A stretch of 64,000 nucleotides of DNA from Octopus bimaculoides (lineage: Eukaryota), in NCBI RefSeq assembly GCF_001194135.2, contig NC_068982.1, positions 152,130,437 to 152,194,436 on the forward strand, read 5' to 3'. The notes below the pieces were generated by a model. The model saw only the letters and a program-made list of their open reading frames with translations. It did no database searches and had not been told where the DNA came from. Each line of letters opens with the position of its first letter. Position 1 is the first letter of the stretch. Positions 1 through 13,080 of this stretch are shown here, piece after piece. Made by a program: the position numbers and the translations under genes.

Positions 1-393
1 GGTAACTAGGTGACAGGCAGGTTTCCTGAAGTTGGTATTGCAAACCATAAGATCGGTTGCATCACAGAACTCCAGCAGTCTGGTTCCCTCCTCGTTGCGG
101 GAACCGAAGCCATAGCCTCCATGTATGCCATGGTAGCCTCCAGCACGACGTCCGACATGACCATTGAAGTCACCAACCACAAAGAGAAGGTCCCTGTCCC
201 TTGTCGACGAAGTAGTTTGCAAGAGGGTGTCATAGAATTGGTCTTTCAGACCATCCGGTAGCCCCGGTTGAGGGGCATAGGCTGAGATGACAGTAGCTAG
301 CCTATGATGAAGCACTAGTCTAATCTTAAGTACTCTGTCACATACTCTAACTACCTCGATTACCTTATCAACCCATTTCTCTGCTAGAAGTAT
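1..393 (-). mobile_element. RTE-clade LINE, apurinic-type endonuclease domain (continues beyond window start)
   Basis: My translation of the minus frame 393->1 has no stop: ILLAEKWVDKVIEVVRVCDRVLKIRLVLHHRLATVISAYAPQPGLPDGLKDQFYDTLLQTTSSTRDRDLLFVVGDFNGHVGRRAGGYHGIHGGYGFGSRNEEGTRLLEFCDATDLMVCNTNFRKPACHLVT. SAYAPQ, GDFNGHVG and RNEEG.RLLEFC are RTE endonuclease motifs. Confidence 0.92.
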
Positions 394-404
394 TCATATA
401 TATA

Positions 405-636
405 TCAGAGAGAATGCGATAACAAAGCTAAGGCTGTGAGGAGTTTTCAGGACATTAATAAGGAAATAGTTTTACAGCTGTTTCTGGGATAATATGGATA
501 TCCCTTCACCAGAGACGGTGTGAGAAGGTTATATTTAGCCTTCTCACACCTTCTCTGAAACAGCTGCAAGACTATTTCCTTATAAATGTCATGAAAACTA
601 CTCACAACCTTGGCTTTGTTATCTCATTTTGTCTAA
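405..636. mobile_element. Fold-back (MITE-like) element with long imperfect inverted repeats
   Basis: 411-484 (agaatgcgataacaaagctaagg...cagctgtttc) is the reverse complement of ~559-630. ggtgtgagaagg pairs with ccttctcacacc around a 10-nt loop. Flanks are TA-rich. Confidence 0.75.
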
Positions 637-933
637 TATATATATGCATGCTAATACAAAACCTACATTGACACCTCACTCGTATCACTATCGAACCAAG
701 AGTTTAACTAACGGTCTGTCCAAAGCACTTACTTAGTGTCACCTGACACTCTTTGGGTCTTCTAAATACCAATACTTCTCATATATATATATGTAAACGT
801 ATATGTATGTGTGTATGTGCACATATGTACATGCATGTACACACGCACACACACACACANNNNNNNNNNNNNNNNNNNNNNNNNNNNNNNNNNNNNNNNN
901 NNNNNNNNNNNNNNNNNNNNNNNNNNNNNNNNN

Positions 934-966
<33 letters not shown>

Positions 967-1871
967 TATGTGTGTATGCATATATATATATGTAAACGTA
1001 TATGTATGTGTGTATGTGCACATATGTACATGCATGTACACACGCACACACACACACACATACATGCATACATACACACACACATGCATACATACTCATA
1101 TTTATTTGTCGAAATCTCTGAAAGGAATTATCATTTTTATAGACATGTATTTAGACTAGTATTCTCATCTCGGTTCATCATCTGTAGACATCCTTAAACA
1201 TCTTTTGGAGATCATTACTGACCTTCTTCAAATATCTCTTGTGTTTTATTACATCCTAACATCCTCAGAAATGCCAAACAAAACCTTTATTCAATCTGTG
1301 CATGTATACATTATTCCCATTTTTTTTTTTGTCCCTGTTGGGGATATTTTCTTACTAGTTATTCTCAAGATTGGGACACTTCATAATTATTCTACTTGAA
1401 GTAGACATAGGGATAGAACTTAACACTCACCAAATAAACTGTAACACAACATCTAGTGAACATGTATGTTCATTTCGCTATCAAACCACAGGAAAATTAG
1501 ATGATGGAAATTAGGAGCTTTAAATATAGCTTTTGCTTTTCTAGTCTTCGGCTTTGTTGTTCCTTATTTAAAAGTTTCCGTATAGTGTTCAACTGCATGT
1601 TAAAAATACTAAGAGGCTATCAGAGTCCAGCCTATGCTCTCACGTCTAGTGGACATGAGTTCACTCTAACATATATGACAGATCTGTATATAGGTATAAG
1701 TGAAAGTCAATATAAAACTTATCAGTATTAAAGCTGTATTTATACTCAAGATATTAATGCAAAATGTATATAAACAAAATATAAGAATATTAATAATCAA
1801 ATTGAAAATTTAAATATAACTAGGATAATGGAGGTAATAAAATGATGATGGAATGTAAAGGAGATAACAAT

Positions 1872-2088
1872 TCTTTCTACTACAGGAACAAAATTTTAAA
1901 TTTTGGGAGATGTGGCTAGTCAATTACATCAACTTCTAGGGATTAACTTGTACTTATTTATTGACCTCAAAAAAGATGAAAGGTGAAGTTTCACCTTTGA
2001 GGAATTTGAACTCAGAATGTATAAAGCTAGAAGAAATGCTGCTAAAGCAATTTGCTCAGCACAGTAATAATTCTGTCAGTTTACCACC
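1872..2088 (-). mobile_element. tRNA-derived SINE, family B, degraded
   Basis: Shares ggaatttgaactcagaa (reverse-complemented B box) and gaaatgctgctaagc with the copies at 26052-26276, 33412-33620 and 60108-60545. Confidence 0.7.
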
Positions 2089-2508
2089 TTTGTAAAGAAG
2101 ATTAAAAAAAAATACTATTAGAAATGAAAGATAAAAAGGAATTTTTTCGGAGGTGGTATGGCAGAATATTGTTTATCCTAAAATTGAACTTGTTAAAATA
2201 TCAGACAATGAGATTGAAGGGTAGGAGGGGTAGATGTAGGAAGGCATGCAATAAAAATAATTCCATATATATATGTATTTAAAATTTGTTAGAAAGAATT
2301 ATTGATGCAATAATATATATGAAGAAAGATTTTCTCTAATTGAAAATCATTAATTATATAAGAAATCTTAAAAAAAGAACACGATTTTTTGGAAAGCAGG
2401 ATTCATGTTGTGTAAGCTCTTTCATTGTTTACAGCTTTTCAAAAAGACATGTTATGTGGTAATTTGTAAAGAGAAGGTTGGTTTTAGTAGTGGTGTTGAC
2501 TATTTTTG

Positions 2509-2850
2509 GTTTACATTATTTACAATGGACGGATAGGTATCCTCATCTTGTTTGTTGTTACCACAACGTTTCAGGCAAATAGCATAGTGGATAAGAGCAC
2601 AGGCTACTAATCCTTGGATTCTGAGTTCAATCCCAGATAGGGACTTGGGAAATAATGTCAACAAAAAAATAACATCAGCAAAAAAAGAATACCTCAGGAA
2701 TGAGAACAGTGTACCCCATAAGTCAAATAAAGGGGTGGGTTTGAAATTCCATCAGAGCACCTGATGAAGGCTGGGGAGTACATCAGCCAAAGCATTGTGG
2801 TAACAACAAACAAGGTGAGGATGCCTAACCATCCATTGTAAATAATGTAC
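2509..2850 (+). mobile_element. tRNA-derived SINE with hammerhead-like tail, preceded by an inverted copy of its own 3' end
   Basis: A box TAGCATAGTGG at 2580-2590 and B box GAGTTCAATCCC at 2623-2634. CTGATGA-a-GGCTG...CAGCC lies at 2761-2788. 2509-2572 is the reverse complement of ~2789-2850. Confidence 0.75.
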
Positions 2851-3274
2851 ATAATTCCTCATCTCAAAAATAGTATTTTTTTGTTTAGTTTTGAATTTAG
2901 AATTCTTATAAAATATCTTTCTTTTGCATTTCATAGTTTATCACTTTCCATTATTTTGGAAAAAGGAAAATTTTAAATTTTCCATTTGCACAAATGTCTA
3001 GACATTCACTACATGGAACACTTCTAAGCAATTATTTTGACCCTGTTCAACTGATAGCATTGTTAAAAATTGTAAGTATGCAATGCAGATATATGTCTTT
3101 ATATATAATATATAATTTGTTGTACATATTAAATATTATGTATATATTAGGAATAATAGTGCTAAAATACTTTAACAATTTTATCCTTATGAGTGGATAT
3201 TTTTTCTGAATACCTGTTAATTATAGTTTCAGACTTTGATTGTGCAAAAGTTGCAGGCATGATGATGAGGAGGA

Positions 3275-3320
<46 letters not shown>

Positions 3321-3959
3321 GATGTTTTTATTGAAGCTAAATATAATATTGTGTGGGGGTGGAGGGTGATGCTATAGTTATTGCAGCTGGAACATTACTT
3401 TTTCTACCTCAAAGATTTGCACCTCCAGTCCTCAAGCAAATTTTGAATTCTTACAAATTATAAACTCATCATACTTTGCATGATAATATGAGACATGAAA
3501 AGTTGAGTTTTAAAACATGAAGTATTGACTCCAATAAATATGAAGTAACACTCTACCTTCATTAATGAATACACATATCTTCCTTCTAGATTACACTCAC
3601 TGTATTCACACACATCCATATATCTACATATGCACACACACACACACACACACTCTCTCTCTCTCACACACATCATATAGACATGTGCATACACAGAAAA
3701 TTAGCATATAGAATGCAATAGCAGTGCAAAAATAATTAAATATAAAAAATAAGAATAAAGATACCAAAATATAAACCTGTGAAATCCCGATAAATTGAAT
3801 TACAAGCATCTTTCAAAGCTTTGAGAAATGATGGAGAGATAAATTACCTGTCCATTTTCTTAGATTGTGAAATCCCAGCCTATTTGATCTTCACAATAAC
3901 TTTCACTGTGTTTTGAGCACACATGCGTGCGCACGCGCACGCAAATATGCACATGGCAG

Positions 3960-4385
3960 GCTTCTTTCCATTTCCAAATATATTCATAAGGCTGTAGTCA
4001 ACCTCGGGCTACAGGAGAGGACACTTCTCAAAGTGTCACCATGCATTGGGTATGAAACTGACACCATGTGGTTGGAAAGCAAAATTTCGAAACATGCCCC
4101 ATGCCTGTGCCTATAACATACATAGATGTGTGTGTGTGTGTATACATATATATATCTATATCTATATGTATATATATATACATACATTCTTTTATTCTTT
4201 TACTTGTTTCACTCATTTGATTGTGTCCATGCTGGAGCACTGCCTTTAGTCAAACATATCGAACCCAGGACTTATTCTTTGTAAGCCTAGTACTTATTCT
4301 ATTGGTCTCTTTTGCTGAACTGCTAAGTTACAAAGACATAAACACACCAGCATCGGTTGTAAAGCGATGGTTGGGTGCCAAACAC
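3960..4385 (-). mobile_element. Two pieces of tRNA-derived SINE family A (head ~3960-4115, 3' part ~4185-4385)
   Basis: The reverse complement of 4185-4385 contains tactaggcttacaaagaataagtcctggg...gtgctccagcatgg, shared with the + strand copy at 31449-31841. Confidence 0.75.
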
Positions 4386-4438
4386 AGACACACAAACATA
4401 CACATACATACATATATATATACACACACACACACACA

Positions 4439-4489
<51 letters not shown>

Positions 4490-4964
4490 TTATTTATATA
4501 TAAATAAGATAGTGGTACAACAATACACCAATATTTACTGGAAATAGCAGTTGATAATATACACCACTATAGTAAAGCTTCACTGTATATATATATACTA
4601 GCAAAAATGTTTGCAGGCAGCAAACATAAAAGATTTTATCTTACCTGTAGGAAGAACATTAAATAAATGTACAACCCAGATGTGGGTAATCTCGAACCTA
4701 GGTTTCAACATTTCTAAATTACATTTGTTAATGTAAATTTGATTAGTTCTCATTTGTTAGACTTACCTAGACAAAATCTCGAATGTCACTACATCAATGA
4801 CTGAGAACAGTGATGGTGCTATGTTTTACTGGGAAGCAATATTACTGGCTTTTGCACTATTTGATATTTTTTTCTTTTTATATATACATACTATATATAC
4901 ATTATCAGTAGTTCATATATCCAAAAAAGAAGCACGCTCAAAAACATTAGAGCAATAATATATT

Positions 4965-5310
4965 TAGAAGGCTTTCTGTTACACAGGCAGCTCCTTTAAG
5001 CAATATTTCAGCAACCACATAATCTTCTTTAGGATTGGGGAAGCACAACATCATGTCCCAGGCCACCTACATATGGCATTTAAAGGAGGAGTGCATGCCA
5101 TACAGTATTAAATGGAGGTTCCTGAAACAATAAGAGCAATTCCTCAGCAGGATAAGCAATGTCAGCTTTGCTTAGTTGAGAGAGTAAGAATCCTGAAAAA
5201 CTCACTTGATCTAAGGACCTTTCTAAACTCCAGAAGAGAAGTGTTTAGCCAATGCCCTTATCAAAAGTGTTTCCTGTTGCAAGCTTGGAATTCCCCATTT
5301 GCCAAATAGG
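4965..5310 (+). mobile_element. Penelope-like element remnant (GIY-YIG endonuclease C-terminal part), frameshifted
   Basis: Fragments read SFKQYFSNH, ATYIWHLKEECMPYSIKWRFL and KQCQLCLVERVRIL...FLNSRREVFSQCPYQKCFLL. These match the Penelope pattern FK.R..NH / YIW.LK...Y.I.W / C.LCL.EK / LN.R.E....C.H. Confidence 0.75.
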
Positions 5311-5978
5311 AACACACCACCAGCTTTGAAAACTGTTACAGACACAGCTGGTACCAATGTAAGGGGGATAACTCCACTCCACCCAAATGCTTGCCAGTAG
5401 AGGTTGTTCCAGGTATTTTTTGTTTACAAAATTAACTGTGCATGAGATTTTCCTCCCTTCTGTTATAGAAAGGTTATGTGTCTCTGACCATTTGAGTCTA
5501 ATAAGTCGAGTATACAGTTAAGTGCTTTATAGGGGCAAAACCAATGGTCACTCTCTGACTGACCATAACAAACAGCCTTCTAAAAATGTGTGTGTGTGTG
5601 TGTGTTCACACACACATATATTGTATATTTAGGTTGATGCTGGGAGCTGAAATTTCCAAGGGATGCAATTGCTTCTTTAGACAAGTTTACACTGAACAGA
5701 AAAAACTTGGTCTTCTCATCCAGTTTGATTTATCTGCAGAAGTGGCTGAATTCAATGGAAATGCCAAAGTAATAGGCCACAAGATTAACCTACATATACT
5801 ATAGCAGTCTACAGATCGTTACACAAGTACAATAGTCAGCACGGAACTATCACTAACATTTTGACCAGTTACCATAATCGGGAATATACTGTTGCACAAC
5901 ATAAAAGATATGTGTGTATGTTCTTTACACCTGACAGATGTTTTGATGGGTTTGTTCCATGACTATTCCTTGTGTTGA

Positions 5979-6086
<108 letters not shown>

Positions 6087-7434
6087 TATGCATGTATGTA
6101 TGTATATGTGCATGCATGTATGTATGTATTTTAGTTTGCATTAAAGTGAATTACAATAATGCAAAAATTATTCATATAGCTCTCAGGTAGAGTGGAACAA
6201 CATTATTTATTCAAAGATAAAGTTGCATATGTTACCTGAGAAAGATTCTCATTCCTGCTCCTCATGCACCTCAAGATTGGAATCATGTAACTTTGAGTTT
6301 TGACTTCTGCAGACTCATCTTAGGATAAGGCATGATTTGTTGTGAAGCTTTTGTGTAGTTTTAAGAAACTTAAGAATCTTTAGTTTGTTCAACTACAAAG
6401 ACCATAGCTGTATGCTATAAAATAATTCAGGATATTTTTAAGGCATTGATTAGTATGTTATTAATTTGAGACTGTAAATTTTGTAGGCATATCAGATTGA
6501 TTGGTGGATACCTGAATGCATTTCTTCATGTGAAATCGAATTATAAGGTATAAAACTGATATTTATTATGAGACTGCATGTTGGAATATATATCAGAAGA
6601 CAGTTCAACATCACTATTCAGGTAGAAGTGAATCCCATTTGACGAGTTAAATTTTCCCCATTTTTGACTGTATTAATTATATATATGCACATGGGTTTAT
6701 GTATATGAATATGTGTATATACTGGTATGAATATCTATGCTTTTACATGCGTTTGTGGCTATTCCAATGTACATGTTAGTCTTGGGATGGCTGAATTGAT
6801 GCATGTGTGATATCTGAGCAGCTAAAGTTTTCTTCTACATAACATTATTTCCAGATATCTCAGAGCCATATCAGAAAACAAATATTTTCATAAAACTTAA
6901 TGTTAATGATATCTATACAAATAATGTATATTGTATATAGCAACTCCTATGATGAAAGAATTTTAAGGGACACTGACAAAGCATCATATTGCCCAGCAAT
7001 GATAAACAAAAGATATCCCAGTTTATAAGATTAGTAATTTACACAAAATCTTTTCATTGTTTTATTCTAAGCTAAATAGCTTTTGAACAAAAGTTAATGC
7101 CTGAAGACATCATGACTATATCATAATAAACAGTAAAAGTATTTAATTACATATCTCTGTGTAAGTGTGTGGGAAGGTGTAGTGAATGTAGTCCTGTGTT
7201 CAATCCCACTGCATAGCATCTCAGGCAAGTCTCTTTTACTATAGCCTCAGTCTAATCTTATCATATGGTGATTCTGCCTGATGATTACATTAAAGATACA
7301 CATCTTCTGGATAATAATCAACTACTTGCATGCTATCAGGTAGTTTAATCAATTAAGCAACTGAATACTTATCGTTGAAATTGAGAGATAACACAGATAA
7401 ATTTTTATGTGTGTGTGTGTACGTGCACGTGTGT

Positions 7435-7532
7435 GAGAGAGAGAGAGAGAGGGAGAGAGAGAGGGAGAGAGAGAGAGGGAGAGGGAGAGAGAGAGAGAGA
7501 GAGTGTGTGTGCGCGTGCGTGCGTGCATGCGT

Positions 7533-7577
<45 letters not shown>
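7435..7577. repeat. Compound (GA)n/(GT)n microsatellite
   Basis: Direct reading of the sequence. Confidence 0.95.
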
Positions 7578-7578
<1 letters not shown>

Positions 7579-8771
7579 AAGTAACAACTATGATTTTGAT
7601 ATAAATCTTACATTTTTCTGAGATACAGTTTGAAAGAGGGTACTATCATACTGGATATATACCCTATTTCAATTATATGATATTAATTTTTAAAATTGCA
7701 TACAGTGATTTTTAATGTTAAGTATCATCACTTGTTCATACATATATTTTTTAAAGATTAGTCTGACGTTTTGTTCATGAATTTCAAGACTGATGAGATT
7801 AATGCAGCTTATGCTTTGAGGTTAAAAATCTGGAAGTCTGTAAGAAAGAAATAGTTTGATATTCTTGTGGAAGAAGGATTGAAGAAAAAGTAGAAGGGAT
7901 GAGAAAAAGTAGAAGAGATGAGAAAAAGGTGCCAAGCAGTCTTTCATTGTGTGATATGCTGTTAGTATAAGCTATGGCAATAGTGAAACAATAGTCAGAA
8001 AGAAAGAAGACAGCATATATCTGTGGGCTAGAATTTGAAGTGTATTTGGTGAACAAGTTTTTGCCAATCAATTAAAAAGAAAATCCTTTTAATGCGATTT
8101 AGGATATCTGTTCATATAACAGCAATACAATCCCAATAACAAGAACAGCACACTATGTATACATAAGTGTGTGATTGCAAATATAGGAAATTCTCAGAGA
8201 ACAGGGGAAGTGATTGCCTGCAACAGGTTTTTGCTTATGTCAGATCTTGGTATGTTTACAGTGTATGGTGTCTGTGCATTTGTTCCAGCATTTACATACA
8301 AGCACCATCTCAGATAGCCTGTCTATTTAGCTGAAACATAGCTTTGAAGTGGGAAAGCTGAAAATATGTCCACTTATTTGACAATGCTCACATACAAAAT
8401 TCATCAAACATTGCAGTTCTTATGTGTATATGTATATGTGTAAAATATGTATGCATGGGAGGACAGCTTTGCTTTTGGATATGAATAAGAACAACTGAAT
8501 AATTATCATTTTAATCAGTTATTTTCATATTTTTGTATGAGCAATTTCAGTGAGTTTGGAACAGTCAAGTTCTAAAATCCATTATCAATGTTTCTAGACT
8601 TTTATAAATTCCATCTCAGGGTGAAAAAATAAATTGTGATGATGGACTTAAAAACTTCACTTTTGCAATCAATCTCATACAAAATATCTCATACGAAATA
8701 TGAAAATCATTTTGTTAACGTATTAAGTAATTGTGTCTTCAATACCTTGTGTGTGTATGTGTGTATGTATG

Positions 8772-8836
8772 TAGGTAGGTAGGTAGGTAGGTAGGTAGGT
8801 AGGTAGGTAGGTAGGTAGGTAAGTAGGTGGGTAGGT
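8772..8836. repeat. (TAGG)n tetranucleotide repeat
   Basis: Direct reading of the sequence. Confidence 0.95.
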
Positions 8837-8988
8837 ATGTTTGTATGTATGTATTTATATAGAATGCCTGATATTTTAGACATGTATTATTTTAGCGCCA
8901 GCTGATATAAAGATGAACACATCTGTGTACATACACACACACATACAAATCTATATGTGTTCCTGTCTGCATATGTGTGTGTGTGTTA

Positions 8989-9029
<41 letters not shown>

Positions 9030-9085
9030 GCACACACAAACATACACATATATACATATGTATAGATAAATAGATAGATATATAC

Positions 9086-9142
<57 letters not shown>

Positions 9143-9290
9143 GACAGATAGAGAGAGAAAAAGATATATAGCTAGATATAGGTGTCTCGGTGTCTATGTC
9201 TGCTCAAGACCTCATAGGCACCTGCGACAATTAGTGGAAGAATAGTACAATCTTTGAAGTCATAACATTCTTACTAATGGCTATAGTAGC

Positions 9291-9328
<38 letters not shown>

Positions 9329-9995
9329 GGTACATGCATGCATGTGTGTGCATGTATATATGTTTATGTGTGCATGTGTCTGTGCAATTTTTAACATATA
9401 AAGAGAATGATACAACAATTGAAAACAGTAATTCTCATTTTTTCCTTAATGGAAACTGCGGTGAAGAAATTTTCTGGATACATTTAGAAATATATTTTAG
9501 ATTTCATATTTATTTCAAACAGAAGCAATTAAATTAAGCCTTTTAAAGTTATTTTTATTATTACCTTTAGCATGTCTTAAACACCCCCATCATTTATTAT
9601 TATTATTATTATTACATTTCTTCTTGTTCCTCTTTTGATAAGTCATTCCCACTCATCACGTCCTATCTCTAAATGCCAGTATTTATTCACAGTATCTTCA
9701 ATCCCTTTGCCTGTGCATTATTATTATTATTATTACTATTATTGTTATTATTATTATTATTATCATTATTTTTCCCTAACCCTGTCTGTCTGCCAGCCAT
9801 ACCGCCTGCCTAAGTTCCTCCCTTATTGTTGACTGATGACTACATTCATTCTCAATTAAGCAAGCACTGACAACGTATAATTACTATCATATAAGCAAAA
9901 TCAGTAAACAAGGAAAAAATTTAATAGACAGAAATTACATTGATAACTTGGAATATAGATCATATATGATATAATGTTATACATATATGTATGTG

Positions 9996-10048
<53 letters not shown>

Positions 10049-10544
10049 AGCTGTGCATATATTGGACATTTGAAATTATATTCAGGCTCTTTTTTCCTCT
10101 CCCTCTGTTTCACAATCTTTTAAATTTGAACATGTCTTTACATTACCTATTTTATTACAACATTCCTCTGCTAGTGAAATCAATATTTATGATATCTAAA
10201 ATTTATTCTAGTTAAGCACATTAGAAAACTTAAATAAGTCTTTTCTTATAATTTATATGTATATATGCATATATACATATTTATATCTATATACATATGT
10301 ATATGCTTTTACATTTTGAGAGAAAACAAAAAAAAAATTCAACATCTTTTGCATGCATTGTTTTTTTTTTTTCTTAACCTCACTAGAACAAATGAGTTTC
10401 TTCCTCATGTCTTGATTGTGGTTTGCTGTTTTAATTGTAATCAATTAAATCACCATTGCATCTGCTTTGTGTTGATTTCTCTGCTTCTAGACTTTTTTGG
10501 TACTTTTGCATATATATGTATATACAAAATATTTTTCTCACTCT

Positions 10545-10581
<37 letters not shown>

Positions 10582-10758
10582 CAAACATTTTTCCTAAAAT
10601 TCTTTTCTTTTTTTTTTTTTTGCATGTAATGCTTTCTTCTTGGTTTTTGAAACCAATGCTTAGGCTGAACAATAGAATCATTTTAGTAACAGCTTGTTAG
10701 ATGAATTTTTGTGTGTGGCGTGTTAATGTGTGAGTTTACATTTGTGTGGATGTGTTTG

Positions 10759-11453
10759 NNNNNNNNNNNNNNNNNNNNNNNNNNNNNNNNNNNNNNNNNN
10801 NNNNNNNNNNNNNNNNNNNNNNNNNNNNNNNNNNNNNNNNNNNNNNNNNNNNNNNNNNNNNNNNNNNNNNNNNNNNNNNNNNNNNNNNNNNNNNNNNNNN
10901 NNNNNNNNNNNNNNNNNNNNNNNNNNNNNNNNNNNNNNNNNNNNNNNNNNNNNNNNNNNNNNNNNNNNNNNNNNNNNNNNNNNNNNNNNNNNNNNNNNNN
11001 NNNNNNNNNNNNNNNNNNNNNNNNNNNNNNNNNNNNNNNNNNNNNNNNNNNNNNNNNNNNNNNNNNNNNNNNNNNNNNNNNNNNNNNNNNNNNNNNNNNN
11101 NNNNNNNNNNNNNNNNNNNNNNNNNNNNNNNNNNNNNNNNNNNNNNNNNNNNNNNNNNNNNNNNNNNNNNNNNNNNNNNNNNNNNNNNNNNNNNNNNNNN
11201 NNNNNNNNNNNNNNNNNNNNNNNNNNNNNNNNNNNNNNNNNNNNNNNNNNNNNNNNNNNNNNNNNNNNNNNNNNNNNNNNNNNNNNNNNNNNNNNNNNNN
11301 NNNNNNNNNNNNNNNNNNNNNNNNNNNNNNNNNNNNNNNNNNNNNNNNNNNNNNNNNNNNNNNNNNNNNNNNNNNNNNNNNNNNNNNNNNNNNNNNNNNN
11401 NNNNNNNNNNNNNNNNNNNNNNNNNNNNNNNNNNNNNNNNNNNNNNNNNNNNN
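10759..11453. other. Assembly gap (695 N); other gaps at 860-933, 16194-16337, 33738-33840, 43211-43466 and 44780-44888
   Basis: Runs of N, mostly next to microsatellites. Confidence 0.99.
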
Positions 11454-11530
<77 letters not shown>

Positions 11531-12928
11531 GAAATTCATTGTCTAGCTTAATTAAATAAAAGAACTATTTATAATAGAAAACAATGTAAATTCCTATAAA
11601 AATCAATGTATGTAAGCCAGAGTCTTTGAACCTTTTTCCTTTATTCATTCATGGCAAAACCTTTTAATGGCACGTAATATTTTGCACATGCTCAAATGTT
11701 AAAACTTACAAATATTTTAAAATTTCAACAAAATTAATGGAACTTTTTTTGTTTGTGTTTAAGTATTTGTCTTTATTAATGATTATAATTAATGATTATA
11801 ATGTGTGGTTTGAGATACTGAATTTTAAAGCTAACATTTTAGATTGCTTTATGAAATTGTATTGCATAATTGGCAGTTTAAAATGTGGTATGAATATTAT
11901 TGAATTTTGGTATTTAAATTTACAATAAAGTTTTCAAGATTTAAAGCTTAAATACAATCCTATTGTTTAAAACACAAAATATATATTCAATAACAGAAAA
12001 ATGAATGTGAGACAACTTCAACAATCTACAAAGGTGCTTGTGTGGGGAATGTAAATCATAACCAAGATAGATCAATACTTAAAAAGTATATGCCAGAAAG
12101 TAAATTGAGCCCTTAATTTCTAAATGCATAAAGATCAAAGAACATGTATAGATTCAGAATTAAAGATCAACATACTTTTAATATTATATAAAATAAAAGT
12201 CATTTCTACAAATTAACAGTCAAAGTTTTATTCTACTATAAACCCTGAGAATGTGGTGTCATGCAGATTATACTAGAATGGTGTAGTAGCTGTGAAAATA
12301 TTTAAAAAGAAGCAGCTAGAATGTATTAAAGAAAGATAAGGTTTTATTCTGAACCTTGGAGATATATTTGTCCAAGGATTATTGAATCTATTAAAGAAAA
12401 TGAAGAAATGATACTGAGATTAATGTAGTGAAATTTTTAATTGTTTGATAGGTGTTCTAAACTCCATACAGTCACTACCATATTTGTATATTTTTTGCTG
12501 GTGTAAAATCAGTAAATGATCCAAAATTCTGTGAGGAAATGAAAAATCAGTGCTTGACAAGTCCCTTGAGAAACTTATTCTGTACTGAGTCACAGACACT
12601 CTCTTATCACTTTCACCACCATTGGAAACCTGGAACCAATGACACTATTATTACCTAACAGTAATATAAAAAAGAAAAATTTTTAAATATATCAGTAAAC
12701 TCACCTACTTCAGATCTCCAATTTTAAAAACAGTACTAAGGCAAGGGTAATTAACTTAGTGAGATAGAAAGAAAGCTGTCAGTGTTCAGTGATATTTTCT
12801 CAGATTTACTTTCAATATTTTTACGTACTATATTACACAGAGCAAACTTCGTGTTCTTTTTTTTTTTTCTGCTATATTTCAGAATGTTAAATATCAAAAT
12901 CAAGGACTTCTTAATTATTATTATTACA

Positions 12929-12965
<37 letters not shown>

Positions 12966-13080
12966 GTTCGTAGTTAGCATGGTTGCATCATTTCCTTTTT
13001 CAGTTTGTGCTTAATCCTCCTGCCACAGGTTGTTCTCAATTTGAAATTATTGGAGAAAGTCTAAAATGTTCTATTCCACT

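Noticed and set aside
2575-2645. Possible tRNA gene
   Set aside because: A and B boxes are present, but the acceptor stem does not pair well, there is no poly-T terminator, and it continues into a repeat body. It is a SINE head.
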